From an uncultured Chromatiaceae bacterium (GTDB taxonomy: Bacteria; Pseudomonadota; Gammaproteobacteria; DRLM01): 64,000 nucleotides of DNA. Below the pieces are notes generated by a model. It was given only the letters and a program-made list of their open reading frames with translations, was not told the DNA's origin and made no database searches. Within the stretch, counting starts at the first letter, position 1. Each line of letters opens with the position of its first letter. A program made the translations under genes and the position numbers. Below, one piece after another: positions 49,833-59,616 of this stretch. The stretch lies in assembly GCA_945787555.1 (NCBI GenBank), contig CALZJG010000137.1, positions 532-64,531 on the forward strand, read 5' to 3'.

Positions 49833-52800
49833 ATGAGCGGAATATCACCATATCCCGAACCTAATCCGGCGCCTAATCTGGCGCCGAAATATGCCGAGCT
49901 GCATTGCCTCAGCAACTTTAGCTTTCTGCGCGGCGCCTCGCATCCGGGGGAACTGGTGCAGCGCGCCGCGCAACTGGGTTATCGCGCGCTGGCGCTCACC
50001 GACGAATGTACGCTGGCCGGGGTGGTGCGCGCCCATGTCGCGGCCCAGGCGCATGGCCTGCATCTGATCATCGGCGCGGAATTTAAACTGAGCGACGGTC
50101 CGCGTCTGGTGCTGCTCGCCAGCGATCGCGACGGCTACGGCAATCTCGCGCAATTGATTACTACGGCGCGGCGCGCGGCGGACAAAGGCACTTATCGGTT
50201 ATGCAGCGAGGATCTACGCGACGGCCTCGCCGGTTGTCTCGCTTTGCTGCTGCCCGACGCAGCGACCTCCGTGGCGCAAATGCGCGGCTTGGCGCAACGG
50301 TTCGAACAGCGTTGTTGGTTGCTCGTGGAACGATTGTTGGGTCCCGACGATCAGCACCATCTCGCGCGCTGCCGCGTCCTCGCCGCTGAACTGCAGTTGC
50401 CGCTGGCGGCGGCAGGCGATGTACACCTGCACGCGCGCGGGCGTCGCGCCTTGCACGACACGCTCACCGCTATTCGTTTGGGCTGCACGGTGGCCGAGGC
50501 CGGTTTGGCGCTGCATGCCAACGGCGAACGTCATCTGCGTCCGCGCGCGCGTTTGGGGCGCCTCTATCCTCCCGAGTGTCTCGCGGAAACGCTGCGCATC
50601 GCCGCGCGCTGCCGGTTTTCTCTGGCCGAATTGCGTTACGAGTATCCGCAGGAACTAGTGCCGCGCGGCGCCACGCCCGCCGGTCATTTGCGCCGTCTCA
50701 CTCTGGCGGGCATGCAGGAACGTTGGCCGGACGGCGCGCCGGAGAAAGTGCGTGACTTGGTCGAGCGCGAACTCCAGTTGATCGCGGAGCTACGTTACGA
50801 GCCGTATTTTCTCACCGTGCACGACATCGTGCGTTACGCCCGCAAGCGCGGCATTCTGTGCCAGGGACGCGGCTCGGCCGCCAACTCGGCGGTCTGCTAT
50901 TGCTTGATGATCACCGAGGTCGATCCGGCGCGCATGGCGATGTTGTTCGAGCGTTTTATCTCCAAGGAACGCAACGAGCCGCCCGACATCGACGTGGACT
51001 TCGAGCATGAGCGGCGCGAGGAAGTCATTCAATATATCTATGCCAACTACGGGCGCGAGCGTGCCGCTTTGGCGGCGACGGTGATCAGCTATCGGCCCAA
51101 GAGCGCGCTGCGTGACGTCGGCAAGGCCTTGGGCCTGGATCTCCAGCAGGTCGATAGCTTGTCGAAGTCTCTGGCCTGGGCTGACGGCAATCAAGTCGTG
51201 GCGGAGCGTTTGAGCGAACAGGGTTTTGATCCGCAGCATCCCTTGATCCGGCGTTGGTTGTTGCTCGCCAACACGTTGATCGGTTTTCCGCGCCATCTGT
51301 CGCAACATGTGGGCGGCTTTGTCATTTCGCACGGCCCGCTGTCGCGCCTGGTGCCGATCGAGAATGCGGCGATGGCCGAGCGCACCGTCATTCAATGGGA
51401 CAAGGACGATCTCGATGCGCTGGGTTTGCTCAAGATCGACGTGCTGGCGCTGGGCATGTTGAGCGCCATCCGTCGCGCCATCCAGTTGATCAACGCGTAT
51501 TACGGCAGTGAACTCAGCCTTGCAAGCATCCCGCCGGAAGAGGCGGCGGTCTATCGCATGCTGCAACGGGCGGATACCATCGGCGTGTTTCAGATCGAGT
51601 CGCGCGCGCAGATGGCGATGTTGCCGCGCCTCAGACCTAAGTGTTTTTATGATCTGGTTATCGAAGTAGCGCTGGTGCGGCCGGGCCCCATCCAGGGGCA
51701 GATGGTGCATCCCTATCTGCGCCGCCGCCAGGGACTGGAGCCGGTCAGCTATCCCAGCGCGGCGATACGCGGTGTGCTGGAACGCACGCTGGGCGTGCCT
51801 ATTTTTCAAGAGCAAGTCATGCAGGTTGCCATGGTGGCGGCCGGTTTTTCCGCCGGCGAGGCGGATCAGTTGCGCCGCGCCATGGCCTCGTGGCGGCGCA
51901 AGGGCGGACTCGGTCCGTTTCAACAACGTCTGCGCGACGGTATGCGGGCGCGCGGCTATGACGAGATGTTCGCCGAGCAGATCTGTCGTCAGGTGGAAGT
52001 CTTTGCCGAATACGGTTTTCCCGAATCGCATGCCGCCAGTTTCGCCTTGCTGGTGTATGTCTCGGCCTGGCTCAAATGCCATGAGCCGGCCGCCTTCTGC
52101 GCTGCGCTGCTCAACAGTCAACCGATGGGCTTTTATGCGCCGGCGCAGTTGGTGCAGGACGCGCGCCGCCACGGCGTGGAGATACGCCCGGTGGATGTGC
52201 AGTGCAGTGACTGGGACTGCACGCTGGAGCGCCCTGGTGCTGGTAGCGGCACTGGAGCTGGCAGCGGCCAGCCCACCCTGCGTCTGGGGCTGCGCATGGT
52301 GAAAGGTTTGTCGGCACTGGGTGGCGAGCGCGTGGTAGCCACGCGCCACAGCGCGCGGTTTAGCGATGTCGAGGACTTGGCGCGGCGCGGCGAGTTGACG
52401 CGGCGTGATCTCGATAGTTTGGCGCACGCCGGCGCGCTGGCCAGTCTCGCCAGTCATCGTCACTTAGCGCGTTGGCAGGTGCTGGGGGTGCGGCAAGCTA
52501 ACGATTTGTTGCAAGCCATGCCCATCGCCGAAGGCCGGCCGCTGCTACGCCGTCCCAGCGAAGGCGAAGACATCGTGGCCGATTACGGCCAACTGGGACT
52601 GACGCTGGGGCGGCATCCGCTGGCTTTGTTGCGGCCCCATTTGACGCGACGGCGTTTTATCAGTTCCGCATCGCTACACAGCTTGCCGAACGGACGCCGC
52701 GCGCGCGCCGCGGGCTTGGTCATCACCCGGCAACGACCGGGCACCGCCACCGGCGTTACTTTTCTCACGTTGGAAGATGAGTTCGGCACCATCAATGTCG

Positions 52801-52976
52801 TGGTGTGGAGCGATCTCGCCGAGCGCCAACGTGCCTTGGTGTTGGGCGGACGTTTGCTGGGCGTGAATGGCGTGATAGAAAAAGCCGACGGTGTGTTGCA
52901 TCTGGTGGCCGCGCGCTTGGAAGATCACAGCGCGTTGCTGGGCGGATTGGTTACCAGCTCAAGAGATTTTTGTTGA
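49833..52976 (+). CDS. dnaE2: Error-prone DNA polymerase DnaE2 (ImuC), alpha-subunit-like C-family polymerase
   Basis: 1047 aa with a PHP domain start ([23 protein letters not shown]), polymerase core motifs ([20 protein letters not shown]; [11 protein letters not shown]) and an OB-fold C-terminus. It is the third gene of the imuA-imuB cassette, separated from imuB by the 780-bp GIY-YIG/repeat insertion. Confidence 0.9.
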   Translation: MSGISPYPEPNPAPNLAPKYAELHCLSNFSFLRGASHPGELVQRAAQLGYRALALTDECTLAGVVRAHVAAQAHGLHLIIGAEFKLSDGPRLVLLASDRDGYGNLAQLITTARRAADKGTYRLCSEDLRDGLAGCLALLLPDAATSVAQMRGLAQRFEQRCWLLVERLLGPDDQHHLARCRVLAAELQLPLAAAGDVHLHARGRRALHDTLTAIRLGCTVAEAGLALHANGERHLRPRARLGRLYPPECLAETLRIAARCRFSLAELRYEYPQELVPRGATPAGHLRRLTLAGMQERWPDGAPEKVRDLVERELQLIAELRYEPYFLTVHDIVRYARKRGILCQGRGSAANSAVCYCLMITEVDPARMAMLFERFISKERNEPPDIDVDFEHERREEVIQYIYANYGRERAALAATVISYRPKSALRDVGKALGLDLQQVDSLSKSLAWADGNQVVAERLSEQGFDPQHPLIRRWLLLANTLIGFPRHLSQHVGGFVISHGPLSRLVPIENAAMAERTVIQWDKDDLDALGLLKIDVLALGMLSAIRRAIQLINAYYGSELSLASIPPEEAAVYRMLQRADTIGVFQIESRAQMAMLPRLRPKCFYDLVIEVALVRPGPIQGQMVHPYLRRRQGLEPVSYPSAAIRGVLERTLGVPIFQEQVMQVAMVAAGFSAGEADQLRRAMASWRRKGGLGPFQQRLRDGMRARGYDEMFAEQICRQVEVFAEYGFPESHAASFALLVYVSAWLKCHEPAAFCAALLNSQPMGFYAPAQLVQDARRHGVEIRPVDVQCSDWDCTLERPGAGSGTGAGSGQPTLRLGLRMVKGLSALGGERVVATRHSARFSDVEDLARRGELTRRDLDSLAHAGALASLASHRHLARWQVLGVRQANDLLQAMPIAEGRPLLRRPSEGEDIVADYGQLGLTLGRHPLALLRPHLTRRRFISSASLHSLPNGRRARAAGLVITRQRPGTATGVTFLTLEDEFGTINVVVWSDLAERQRALVLGGRLLGVNGVIEKADGVLHLVAARLEDHSALLGGLVTSSRDFC

Positions 52977-53020
52977 CCGTAGGTCAGGAGGCGTGTGAGT
53001 ACTCCCTGACATATACACCT

Positions 53021-53125
53021 GTCATTTCAACTGAAAGGATAAATCTAGCTCTGGGTCGCCTAGTGACCACCAGGCATTCGGGATGCTCTACGACGCTAAG
53101 ATTTCTCCCTGCGGTCGAAATGACA
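53021..53125. repeat. Complete 105-bp MITE-like element with 26/27-bp terminal inverted repeats
   Basis: Left arm gtcatttcaactgaaaggataaatct (53021-53046) and right arm agatttctccctgcggtcgaaatgaca (53099-53125). The internal sequence (gaccaccaggcattcgggatgctct) is conserved with the 41786-41892 copy (gaccaccggccgttcgggatactct). Confidence 0.8.
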
Positions 53126-53329
53126 CGATGGGAGGTCAAAGTGAGCACCGCGGCTATGGTATTCGCATGCCTATCGCCCTGTTGTCTAAACTGAAAACAG
53201 GCGCTAGGTCAGAGTGTGCGTGAGCGCTCCCAGACATCTCGACGGAAGCTAACATCTTCACGGAAGCCTCGTCAGGCTACCGCCAGCGCGCCAACCTGAC
53301 CTACGACGATCCGCGTGTTGCCAGCGTGG

Positions 53330-53998
53330 CTACTCCGTCTCGATCGCTTCGATGAGTGATGGCCCCTGATTGCGTGGACTGTTCACTTTGCGGCTGACCG
53401 GATGGGCGGCCATCTTCTTCGCTGAATAAGGCCGCAACAGCGGCAGCAAGACTTCCGCCTTGCTCACTTCGGGGTCCAGCCAGGTGTCATAATCTTTGGG
53501 TTCGACGATGCACGGCATGCGGTCGTGGATACGCGCGACCAACTTGTTCGGTTCGCCGACGATCATGGTGCAGGATTCGATCACTTGCCCCTCGCCTTCC
53601 CAGTGTTCATAAAGCCCGGCAAAGCCGAACGGCGCATCGTCGGCCAGGTGGATGTAATAAGGCTGCTTGCCGTTAACCACCGACCACTCGTAAAAGCCGT
53701 CGCCGGCCACCAGGCAACGCCGGCGTTTGAAGGCGGCGCGAAACGCCGGTTTGCCAGCCACTGTCTCCACCCGGGCGTTGATCATGCGATAGCCGATCTT
53801 GGGGTCCTTCGCCCAGGACGGGATCAAGCCCCAGCGCAGCAACGCCAGTTCCCGCTCACCCTCGGCGGCGTTGCGCGCGACCAGCACGTTTTGCGAAGGT
53901 GAGACGTTGTAAGCCTCGTCGGCGTCGATCTTTCCCCGCGCATGAAACAGCTGGGCGAACTGCTCAGGCGGGGTTTTTCTCACATAGCGTCCACACAT
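53330..53998 (-). CDS. SOS-response-associated peptidase (SRAP / YedK / HMCES family; abasic-site processing protein)
   Basis: The start MCGRY, with the catalytic Cys2, is the SRAP hallmark. Downstream conserved blocks are NARVET and FKRRRCLVAGDGFYEW plus a His-containing C-terminal region. The track ORF starts 3 codons earlier (MIN). Confidence 0.8.
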   Translation of the reverse strand: MCGRYVRKTPPEQFAQLFHARGKIDADEAYNVSPSQNVLVARNAAEGERELALLRWGLIPSWAKDPKIGYRMINARVETVAGKPAFRAAFKRRRCLVAGDGFYEWSVVNGKQPYYIHLADDAPFGFAGLYEHWEGEGQVIESCTMIVGEPNKLVARIHDRMPCIVEPKDYDTWLDPEVSKAEVLLPLLRPYSAKKMAAHPVSRKVNSPRNQGPSLIEAIETE

Positions 53999-54264
53999 GT
54001 TAATCACCTGGCGGCACAGTGCAGGTCACCGCCGCAACCGTACTTCATTTCTTCTTATAGCCTACTGCATAGTCCCAGTCATCCCAGCGCCGCTGCACAG
54101 CGACCTCTCTCATGGGCGCGCAGGTACCCCGCCGTCACACCGTGGCCATGTATGCCTATCCAAGGCTGGGACAACGCATGGCCGCAACATCCCACTGCAA
54201 TCAGCGCTGAGCAGACCACCCCTACTCCCCGCGCTCGACCGGCACGATCAACAGGGTCGTCAAA

Positions 54265-55134
54265 TTACTCGATTCGCTGCGCGGGTGACGACAGATGGCG
54301 GGAGATAAAATCATCCAGCCCCCTCACATAGCTCTCCCCGCTTACCAGGAAGCCGCCGTTGTGGTCGCCCTGCAAATCGAGAAAAGCCTTAGGTTCGTGG
54401 GCCGCGTCGAACAAGGCGCGCCCGTGTCGATAAGGAATGATCTCATCCTCAGGACTGTGCACCACCAGCACCGGACTGCGCACATCTTCGAGGTAATCAC
54501 GCGTGGCGTGCTGTAGGCGTGCCAACTGGCGCGCCGGCAGCCACCAGTACAGTTCGGCCGCCAGGTCGGGCACCGAGGTGAAGGCGGACTCCATAATCAA
54601 GGCCGCGGGTCGCTCGCGGGCGGCCAGCCAGGCGGCCAGCGCCGCGCCTAGCGAGCGACCGAACAGGACGATGCGCTGCGCGGCGATGCCGCGCGCCTCG
54701 GTCAGGTAACGCCACGCGGCCACGGCGTCCCGCTGGGTGCCTGCCTCGCTAGGTTTACCGTTGCTCTGGCCGTAGCCGCGGTAGTCGATGATGAACGCCG
54801 CCAGCCCCAGCCGGTTGAAGATACGCATGGAGTCGAGCCGGTGGGAGATGTTCCCCGCGTTGCCGTGGAAGAACAGCACGGTGCCGCGCTCCTGCGCGGC
54901 CGGGATATACCAACCATGGAGTCTCACCCCGTCCTCGCTGGTAAGCCACACCGTTTCATAGTCCAGGCCGATGTCTTGCGGCGAGGCGACAATCGCGCGC
55001 GACGGCAGATTAGGGAGATAGAGCAGGCTCGCCTGCGAGAAATAGACAAACGCCAGCAAGGCGACATAGACGCCGGCCGCGAGGAGGAGCGCTGATAGCA
55101 TGGGATGGGCCTTGTGATTTCGGCGCATGGACAT
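54265..55134 (-). CDS. Alpha/beta hydrolase (lysophospholipase/BEM46-like)
   Basis: N-terminal TM anchor, the nucleophile elbow GRSLGAALAAW (GxSxG), and the oxyanion-hole region LFFHGNAGN. Confidence 0.75.
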   Translation of the reverse strand: MSMRRNHKAHPMLSALLLAAGVYVALLAFVYFSQASLLYLPNLPSRAIVASPQDIGLDYETVWLTSEDGVRLHGWYIPAAQERGTVLFFHGNAGNISHRLDSMRIFNRLGLAAFIIDYRGYGQSNGKPSEAGTQRDAVAAWRYLTEARGIAAQRIVLFGRSLGAALAAWLAARERPAALIMESAFTSVPDLAAELYWWLPARQLARLQHATRDYLEDVRSPVLVVHSPEDEIIPYRHGRALFDAAHEPKAFLDLQGDHNGGFLVSGESYVRGLDDFISRHLSSPAQRIE

Positions 55135-55272
55135 AGCATAGCGCCGTCAGCATCATTCTTCCCGTCGCAGCGCCTCTGGAGACAGCCGGCATGGCGGCAA
55201 TTCTGCAAGGCGCTGGCCATGGCAGAAGACCACGAACGTTCCTATCGGTCGAGTTATCCCGGTTATCCCCTC

Positions 55273-56220
55273 TCAGCGTGCCGCTGCAGCCACGCCCGCA
55301 TCCTGCACGGCATCGGCCAGCGCCTCGCCCAGCAGTTCATGGACGCGCGAGGTAGGATGTATCTCGTCGAAGAAGACATAATTATTTATTGTAAACGGGT
55401 TGCAGGCGCCTAACGGATAGCTGGCCAGGCAAGCGTCTTGTGTGTTGATCAACCCTAGCGCGCCCGCATTCGCTATCCAGCCGTGCAAGGCGCTGAAGAA
55501 ATCGAACTCCTTGATATGGATCCCCAGACGGGCGCGGAGGCGATCGGCGCGACGGGTGAGTTCATGGTTATACACCCGTGTGAGCCAAGTGGCGGTAGCG
55601 GCCAGATGGCGTTTGCCGGTTTCATGTGCCAAACGTCGGGTTTCCGGTAGGAGGCCGATGTCCGGGACATTCACGAGCAGGAAGTGGCGGGCGCCGGCCG
55701 CCGTGAGGGCGCGTATGGCACTGGCCTCCACCAGTACAGCGAAACGCACCTTCAGCCAGGCGGCGAAGAGATTGCGCGCATCGCGGGCCGCCCGCACATC
55801 ATTTCCGCCGATGAATACGACATAAAGGGCATCGGGGTCGGCGACACCGCCCACATTGCTCAGGTAGGCCGCCACCTGCGCCAATAAGTCTTGCGGCTCA
55901 AAGTCCCCGGCCTCAGCGCCAACCACGGCATAGTTGGTGCCGACCGCTGCGCCAATAAAATGTAGCGAGGCCTGGGCGCTCAGGCCTAGCCTCTCTGCGA
56001 GCACTTCGACCGCCACCGGCCCATTGGTAGCGCGCGTCTGCCCGAAAAAGGGCGGATCGGGAGGTCGCTGATCGGGCGGCACCAAGGATGCCGCGTTGCC
56101 GACATCGGAAAGGCTGTCGCCCTTCACGAACAGTTGCGAGTACGGTCCCGCCGCGTAGGCGACGGACGCCAACAACAGCATGCTCAACAGGGTGAAGCGA
56201 GCGAGATAGGTTCGGAACAT
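55273..56220 (-). CDS. Secreted SGNH/GDSL-family lipase/acylhydrolase
   Basis: Signal peptide MFRTYLARFTLLSMLLLASVAYAAGP, the catalytic GDSLSD block (FVKGDSLSDVGN), a GGND block (VVFIGGNDV) and a C-terminal DxxH (FFDEIHPT). Confidence 0.75.
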   Translation of the reverse strand: MFRTYLARFTLLSMLLLASVAYAAGPYSQLFVKGDSLSDVGNAASLVPPDQRPPDPPFFGQTRATNGPVAVEVLAERLGLSAQASLHFIGAAVGTNYAVVGAEAGDFEPQDLLAQVAAYLSNVGGVADPDALYVVFIGGNDVRAARDARNLFAAWLKVRFAVLVEASAIRALTAAGARHFLLVNVPDIGLLPETRRLAHETGKRHLAATATWLTRVYNHELTRRADRLRARLGIHIKEFDFFSALHGWIANAGALGLINTQDACLASYPLGACNPFTINNYVFFDEIHPTSRVHELLGEALADAVQDAGVAAAAR

Positions 56221-56402
56221 GACGGCACCTCCTGCGTCGTTAGTGAAATGGCAACAACCGAGTCACCGCCCTGGATTCTCAGGCTATGTAGGGTGGCCGG
56301 CGGGTGCTCCACTGGACGTCTCCTAGCCCTCTTGTGTATGCGACGCGATTGGTCAGCTTGCCTCCAAAACCTAGTCACGACTCACGATCGTGCTGCGTCG
56401 TC

Positions 56403-56816
56403 CTAGCGACAAACCGTGGAGATCATCACGCGTGTCGTATCGTCATTGAACGTAGAGTCTGTCTGAAATCGTCTCCACAATTCAGCACACACACGTTCCG
56501 CGTCTGTAATGACATTCACCGCGTACTTCTTAGGCTCGAACCAGTCGGATTTGAAGGGCCCGAGTTCACCGAACTCAATCACATCAGAGGACGCTGCTTT
56601 GTGCAGTGAAACGCGGTTATGGCCTCTCGTAACTTTCTTGAACGCCGTCGAACAGCCTTCGGCGCAGTCACCGATGTGCTCAGTGAACACAACCTCAGCC
56701 ACCTTAGCTTCTTGGATGAGAAAACCGGAGTTGTTGGTGACCTGAGTGATGGGCGCGCACGCGGTCAGGGACAACCAAGCAACAAACGGCAGCAGACATG
56801 ATACGAATCTTCTCAT
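56403..56816 (-). CDS. Hypothetical lipoprotein
   Basis: The internal start MRRFVSCLLPFVAWLSLTACAP has a lipobox (LTAC). No recognisable domain. Confidence 0.4.
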   Translation of the reverse strand: MRRFVSCLLPFVAWLSLTACAPITQVTNNSGFLIQEAKVAEVVFTEHIGDCAEGCSTAFKKVTRGHNRVSLHKAASSDVIEFGELGPFKSDWFEPKKYAVNVITDAERVCAELWRRFQTDSTFNDDTTRVMISTVCR

Positions 56817-56847
56817 GGTGGCATCTCCAATGCACCCGTCGGCTTGA

Positions 56848-57462
56848 TCACGGCACGCTGAGTGGCAAGCCACGGCGCGCCGTCAGCGAGAACATGGTGC
56901 TGTTGCACGCTTCATGTTCCTCCAAGCTTAGGTTTTCCTCGAAGACGGAGACCGGGAAGTTGGGATCATAGCTGGGGTCTGAAGGGTCAGTCACATCCGG
57001 GCGATCGATATCATTAAAGGTGCATGAATATGAAAGTTCCAGCAGCACGTCTAGCGGTGAGATCTTTCTAAACCAGTTGGAGGTGGCCCCGTCAGTGTCG
57101 ACGTCCGAGGTAAGAAGATATCTGAATGTCTCCACGGTGTTACCTTCATCATCAAAGCCGATAGAACTGATTGCATTGACCCCTTGCCATTGGTACTGGG
57201 AAATCATCGGGGCATCGAAGCAAGGGCATTCGAGGGGGTCGGCGTTCTCCAAGCTTTCCACCCGCTGTCCCAGCTCGGCCACCTCTTGTGTCAGCTGCGG
57301 AATCCCGCTCTCCAAGCTTTCCACCCGCTGCCCCAGCTCGGAGACCTCTTGTGTCAGCTGCGGTATGCCGCCTGACATATTCTTTCCGGGCTCCGCCCAG
57401 GCCGAGACAGAGAGTATCATCGCAGTGAGCAGGTAAGTTGACGACGAGATCCAGTTGTTCAT
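56848..57462 (-). CDS. Secreted hypothetical protein with a perfect 21-aa tandem duplication
   Basis: Signal peptide MNNWISSSTYLLTAMILSVSAWA. Repeat GIPQLTQEVSELGQRVESLES / GIPQLTQEVAELGQRVESLEN, encoded by a ~63-bp tandem duplication at about 57247-57370. Confidence 0.5.
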   Translation of the reverse strand: MNNWISSSTYLLTAMILSVSAWAEPGKNMSGGIPQLTQEVSELGQRVESLESGIPQLTQEVAELGQRVESLENADPLECPCFDAPMISQYQWQGVNAISSIGFDDEGNTVETFRYLLTSDVDTDGATSNWFRKISPLDVLLELSYSCTFNDIDRPDVTDPSDPSYDPNFPVSVFEENLSLEEHEACNSTMFSLTARRGLPLSVP

Positions 57463-58180
57463 TGTAATCTCCTTTACGCAGGTCGTTGACCGCAAAGTAT
57501 TGATGACACTGATACGGAGTTACGTTGATAAACGAGCAACGTATATCTTGGCGTAGCTGGCATAGGCGGCGTGTAAACGGAACAGAAAGACCGCAAAGAA
57601 TCTTGCCACTAATGGCGTACACCGCTCGCTTGCAGTTTACTGCCATGCACGGGACCCGCCGCTGAGTAATCAAGCGCACACTTCTCCGCCCTTCTCCCAG
57701 TATAGATGTTCAGGATATGTACATATAAACATAGACAGACGCGAGCGCCGTAACAACCAAGCAAAACGGTCATATTATATCCATTGCGGCGACTTTCTTG
57801 ACGGAGGCCTGTTGTTCTCAGTGCGTTCGCGCTGTTCGCCGCTATGCATGATCATCTGGCGCCGGGCCTCTAGCTGATGAGGGTATCGGCTAGCGAATCG
57901 GCGTCCGTGCAGCACTGGAACATCGTCAGGCAGCCGCTGGTTCGGCAACCTGACCTCCGATAACTGAATGGCAGGTAGCGAAAGCCGAATGTAGGGTGGG
58001 TTAGCGTGTTTCGCGTAACCCACCTAGCGGTGCGTAGCGACACAACGCACTCTTATGCGCGCCTTGGGTCTCATCTGCTGGGTAATGGCACACAGGGCGT
58101 GTCTAACCCACCCAATAGTGAATATGTCTCCGCTGAAGTAATCACCCCTCCGGTCTGTCCTCACTTACTGAGAGCCGGCT

Positions 58181-59257
58181 CTAGCCCAGCCCGGGGTAGT
58201 CCGTGTAACCCTTTTCGCCCGGCGTATAAAAGGTGTCCATGTCTGGCGCGTTTAACGGCGCGTTCTTCTGCCAACGGGCAGGCAGGTCCGGGTTGGCGAG
58301 AAACGGACGCCCCACCGCGATGAGGTCCGCTTTGTCGGTGGCCAGATCGCTCTCGGCACGGACGACGTCGTAACCGCCGGAAAGGATCAAGCTGCCCTGG
58401 AACTGTTCGCGAAAAGTCGCCTTGATCGAAGTGGGCACTTCGGGTGCCCCCATCGCCGAGTGGTCGACCAGGTGCACATACACCAGACCGAGCGTATTGA
58501 GTCGTTGCGCCAGGTAAGTGTAGTCGCCCTCCATCGCCTCATAGAGCGGCATGTCATTGAATACCCCGTAAGGCGACAAGCGTATCCCGACCTTGTCTTT
58601 ACCGATGGCGTCGATCACCGCCTGCGCCACTTCCAGCACGAAGCGCGCACGCTGCTCAATCGGCCCACCGTAGCCGTCGCGGCGCTGATTGGACGTGGGA
58701 CGGATGAATTGTTCCAACAGATAGCCATTGGCGCCGTGCAATTCGACCCCGTCGAAGCCGGCCTTGAGCGCATTGCGGGCCGCCTGCGCGTACTCGCCGA
58801 TCGCTAACTGGATGTCCGCTTCCGTCATGGCGCTGGGTATCGGGTGCGGTTGCATGCCCTGGGCGTCGGTATACATCTCGCCCGCCGCCGCCACCGCCGA
58901 CGGCGCCACCATCCGCGCACCGGTCGGCAAATTCAAAGGATGCGCCACGCGCCCCGTGTGCATCAATTGCATAAAGAACTTCGCGCCGCCTTGATGCACA
59001 GCGTCAGTAATGGGCTTCCACCCTGCCACCTGCGCATCGGCAAAAATGCCTGGTATACGTGGATAGCCCAAGCCGTTGGGCGACGGCGATGTGCCTTCGG
59101 TGACGATCAGCCCCGCCGAGGCGCGCTGTTGGTAATACCGCATCATGAGCGCGTTTGGAATATTGTCGATGGCGCGACTGCGCGTCATCGGCGACATGAC
59201 CAAACGGTTTTGCAGCGTCAAGGCGCCCAATTGATAATTCGTGAACAACACCGACAT
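58181..59257 (-). CDS. NADH:flavin oxidoreductase / alkene reductase, Old Yellow Enzyme family (NemA-like)
   Basis: MSVLFTNYQLGALTLQNRLVMSPMTRSRA is the typical OYE start. Conserved blocks HGANGYLLEQF, RRDGYGG and GYDVVRAE are present. Confidence 0.85.
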   Translation of the reverse strand: MSVLFTNYQLGALTLQNRLVMSPMTRSRAIDNIPNALMMRYYQQRASAGLIVTEGTSPSPNGLGYPRIPGIFADAQVAGWKPITDAVHQGGAKFFMQLMHTGRVAHPLNLPTGARMVAPSAVAAAGEMYTDAQGMQPHPIPSAMTEADIQLAIGEYAQAARNALKAGFDGVELHGANGYLLEQFIRPTSNQRRDGYGGPIEQRARFVLEVAQAVIDAIGKDKVGIRLSPYGVFNDMPLYEAMEGDYTYLAQRLNTLGLVYVHLVDHSAMGAPEVPTSIKATFREQFQGSLILSGGYDVVRAESDLATDKADLIAVGRPFLANPDLPARWQKNAPLNAPDMDTFYTPGEKGYTDYPGLG

Positions 59258-59299
59258 GCCTATCTCCTTTTTGGCCGCATGTTTAGACAGGTAACGGGA

Positions 59300-59569
59300 T
59301 CAATTCGCCGATCCCAGGCTCCGCAAATACAACTCTTCCACTTTCTCTCTCGCCCACGGAGTCTTGCGCAGAAATTTCAGGCTCGATTTGATGCTCGGTT
59401 CATGATTGAAGCATTTGATATTTATGATGCGCCCCAATTCATGCCAACCGTAGTGTTCCACCAAGCGTGCAAGGATCATTTCCAAGGTCATGCCATGGAG
59501 TGGATTATTGGCTTGGGGGTCACTCCTGCTGTCGCTTCCATCGTTACCCATGACAGTTTTCGCGTCCAT
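59300..59569 (-). CDS. VF530/DUF2132 family small DNA-binding-like protein
   Basis: [60 protein letters not shown] matches the highly conserved VF530 family core. Confidence 0.6.
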   Translation of the reverse strand: MDAKTVMGNDGSDSRSDPQANNPLHGMTLEMILARLVEHYGWHELGRIINIKCFNHEPSIKSSLKFLRKTPWAREKVEELYLRSLGSAN

Positions 59570-59616
59570 TAGAAATCTAGCGTATTGTCACCGCGCGCGA
59601 ATACTCCGAGCGGGCC

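Noticed and set aside
54008-54264. LexA box upstream of the SRAP gene
   Set aside because: Only imperfect CTG...CAG strings without the CTGT-N8-(A/T)CAG spacing, so no site is called.
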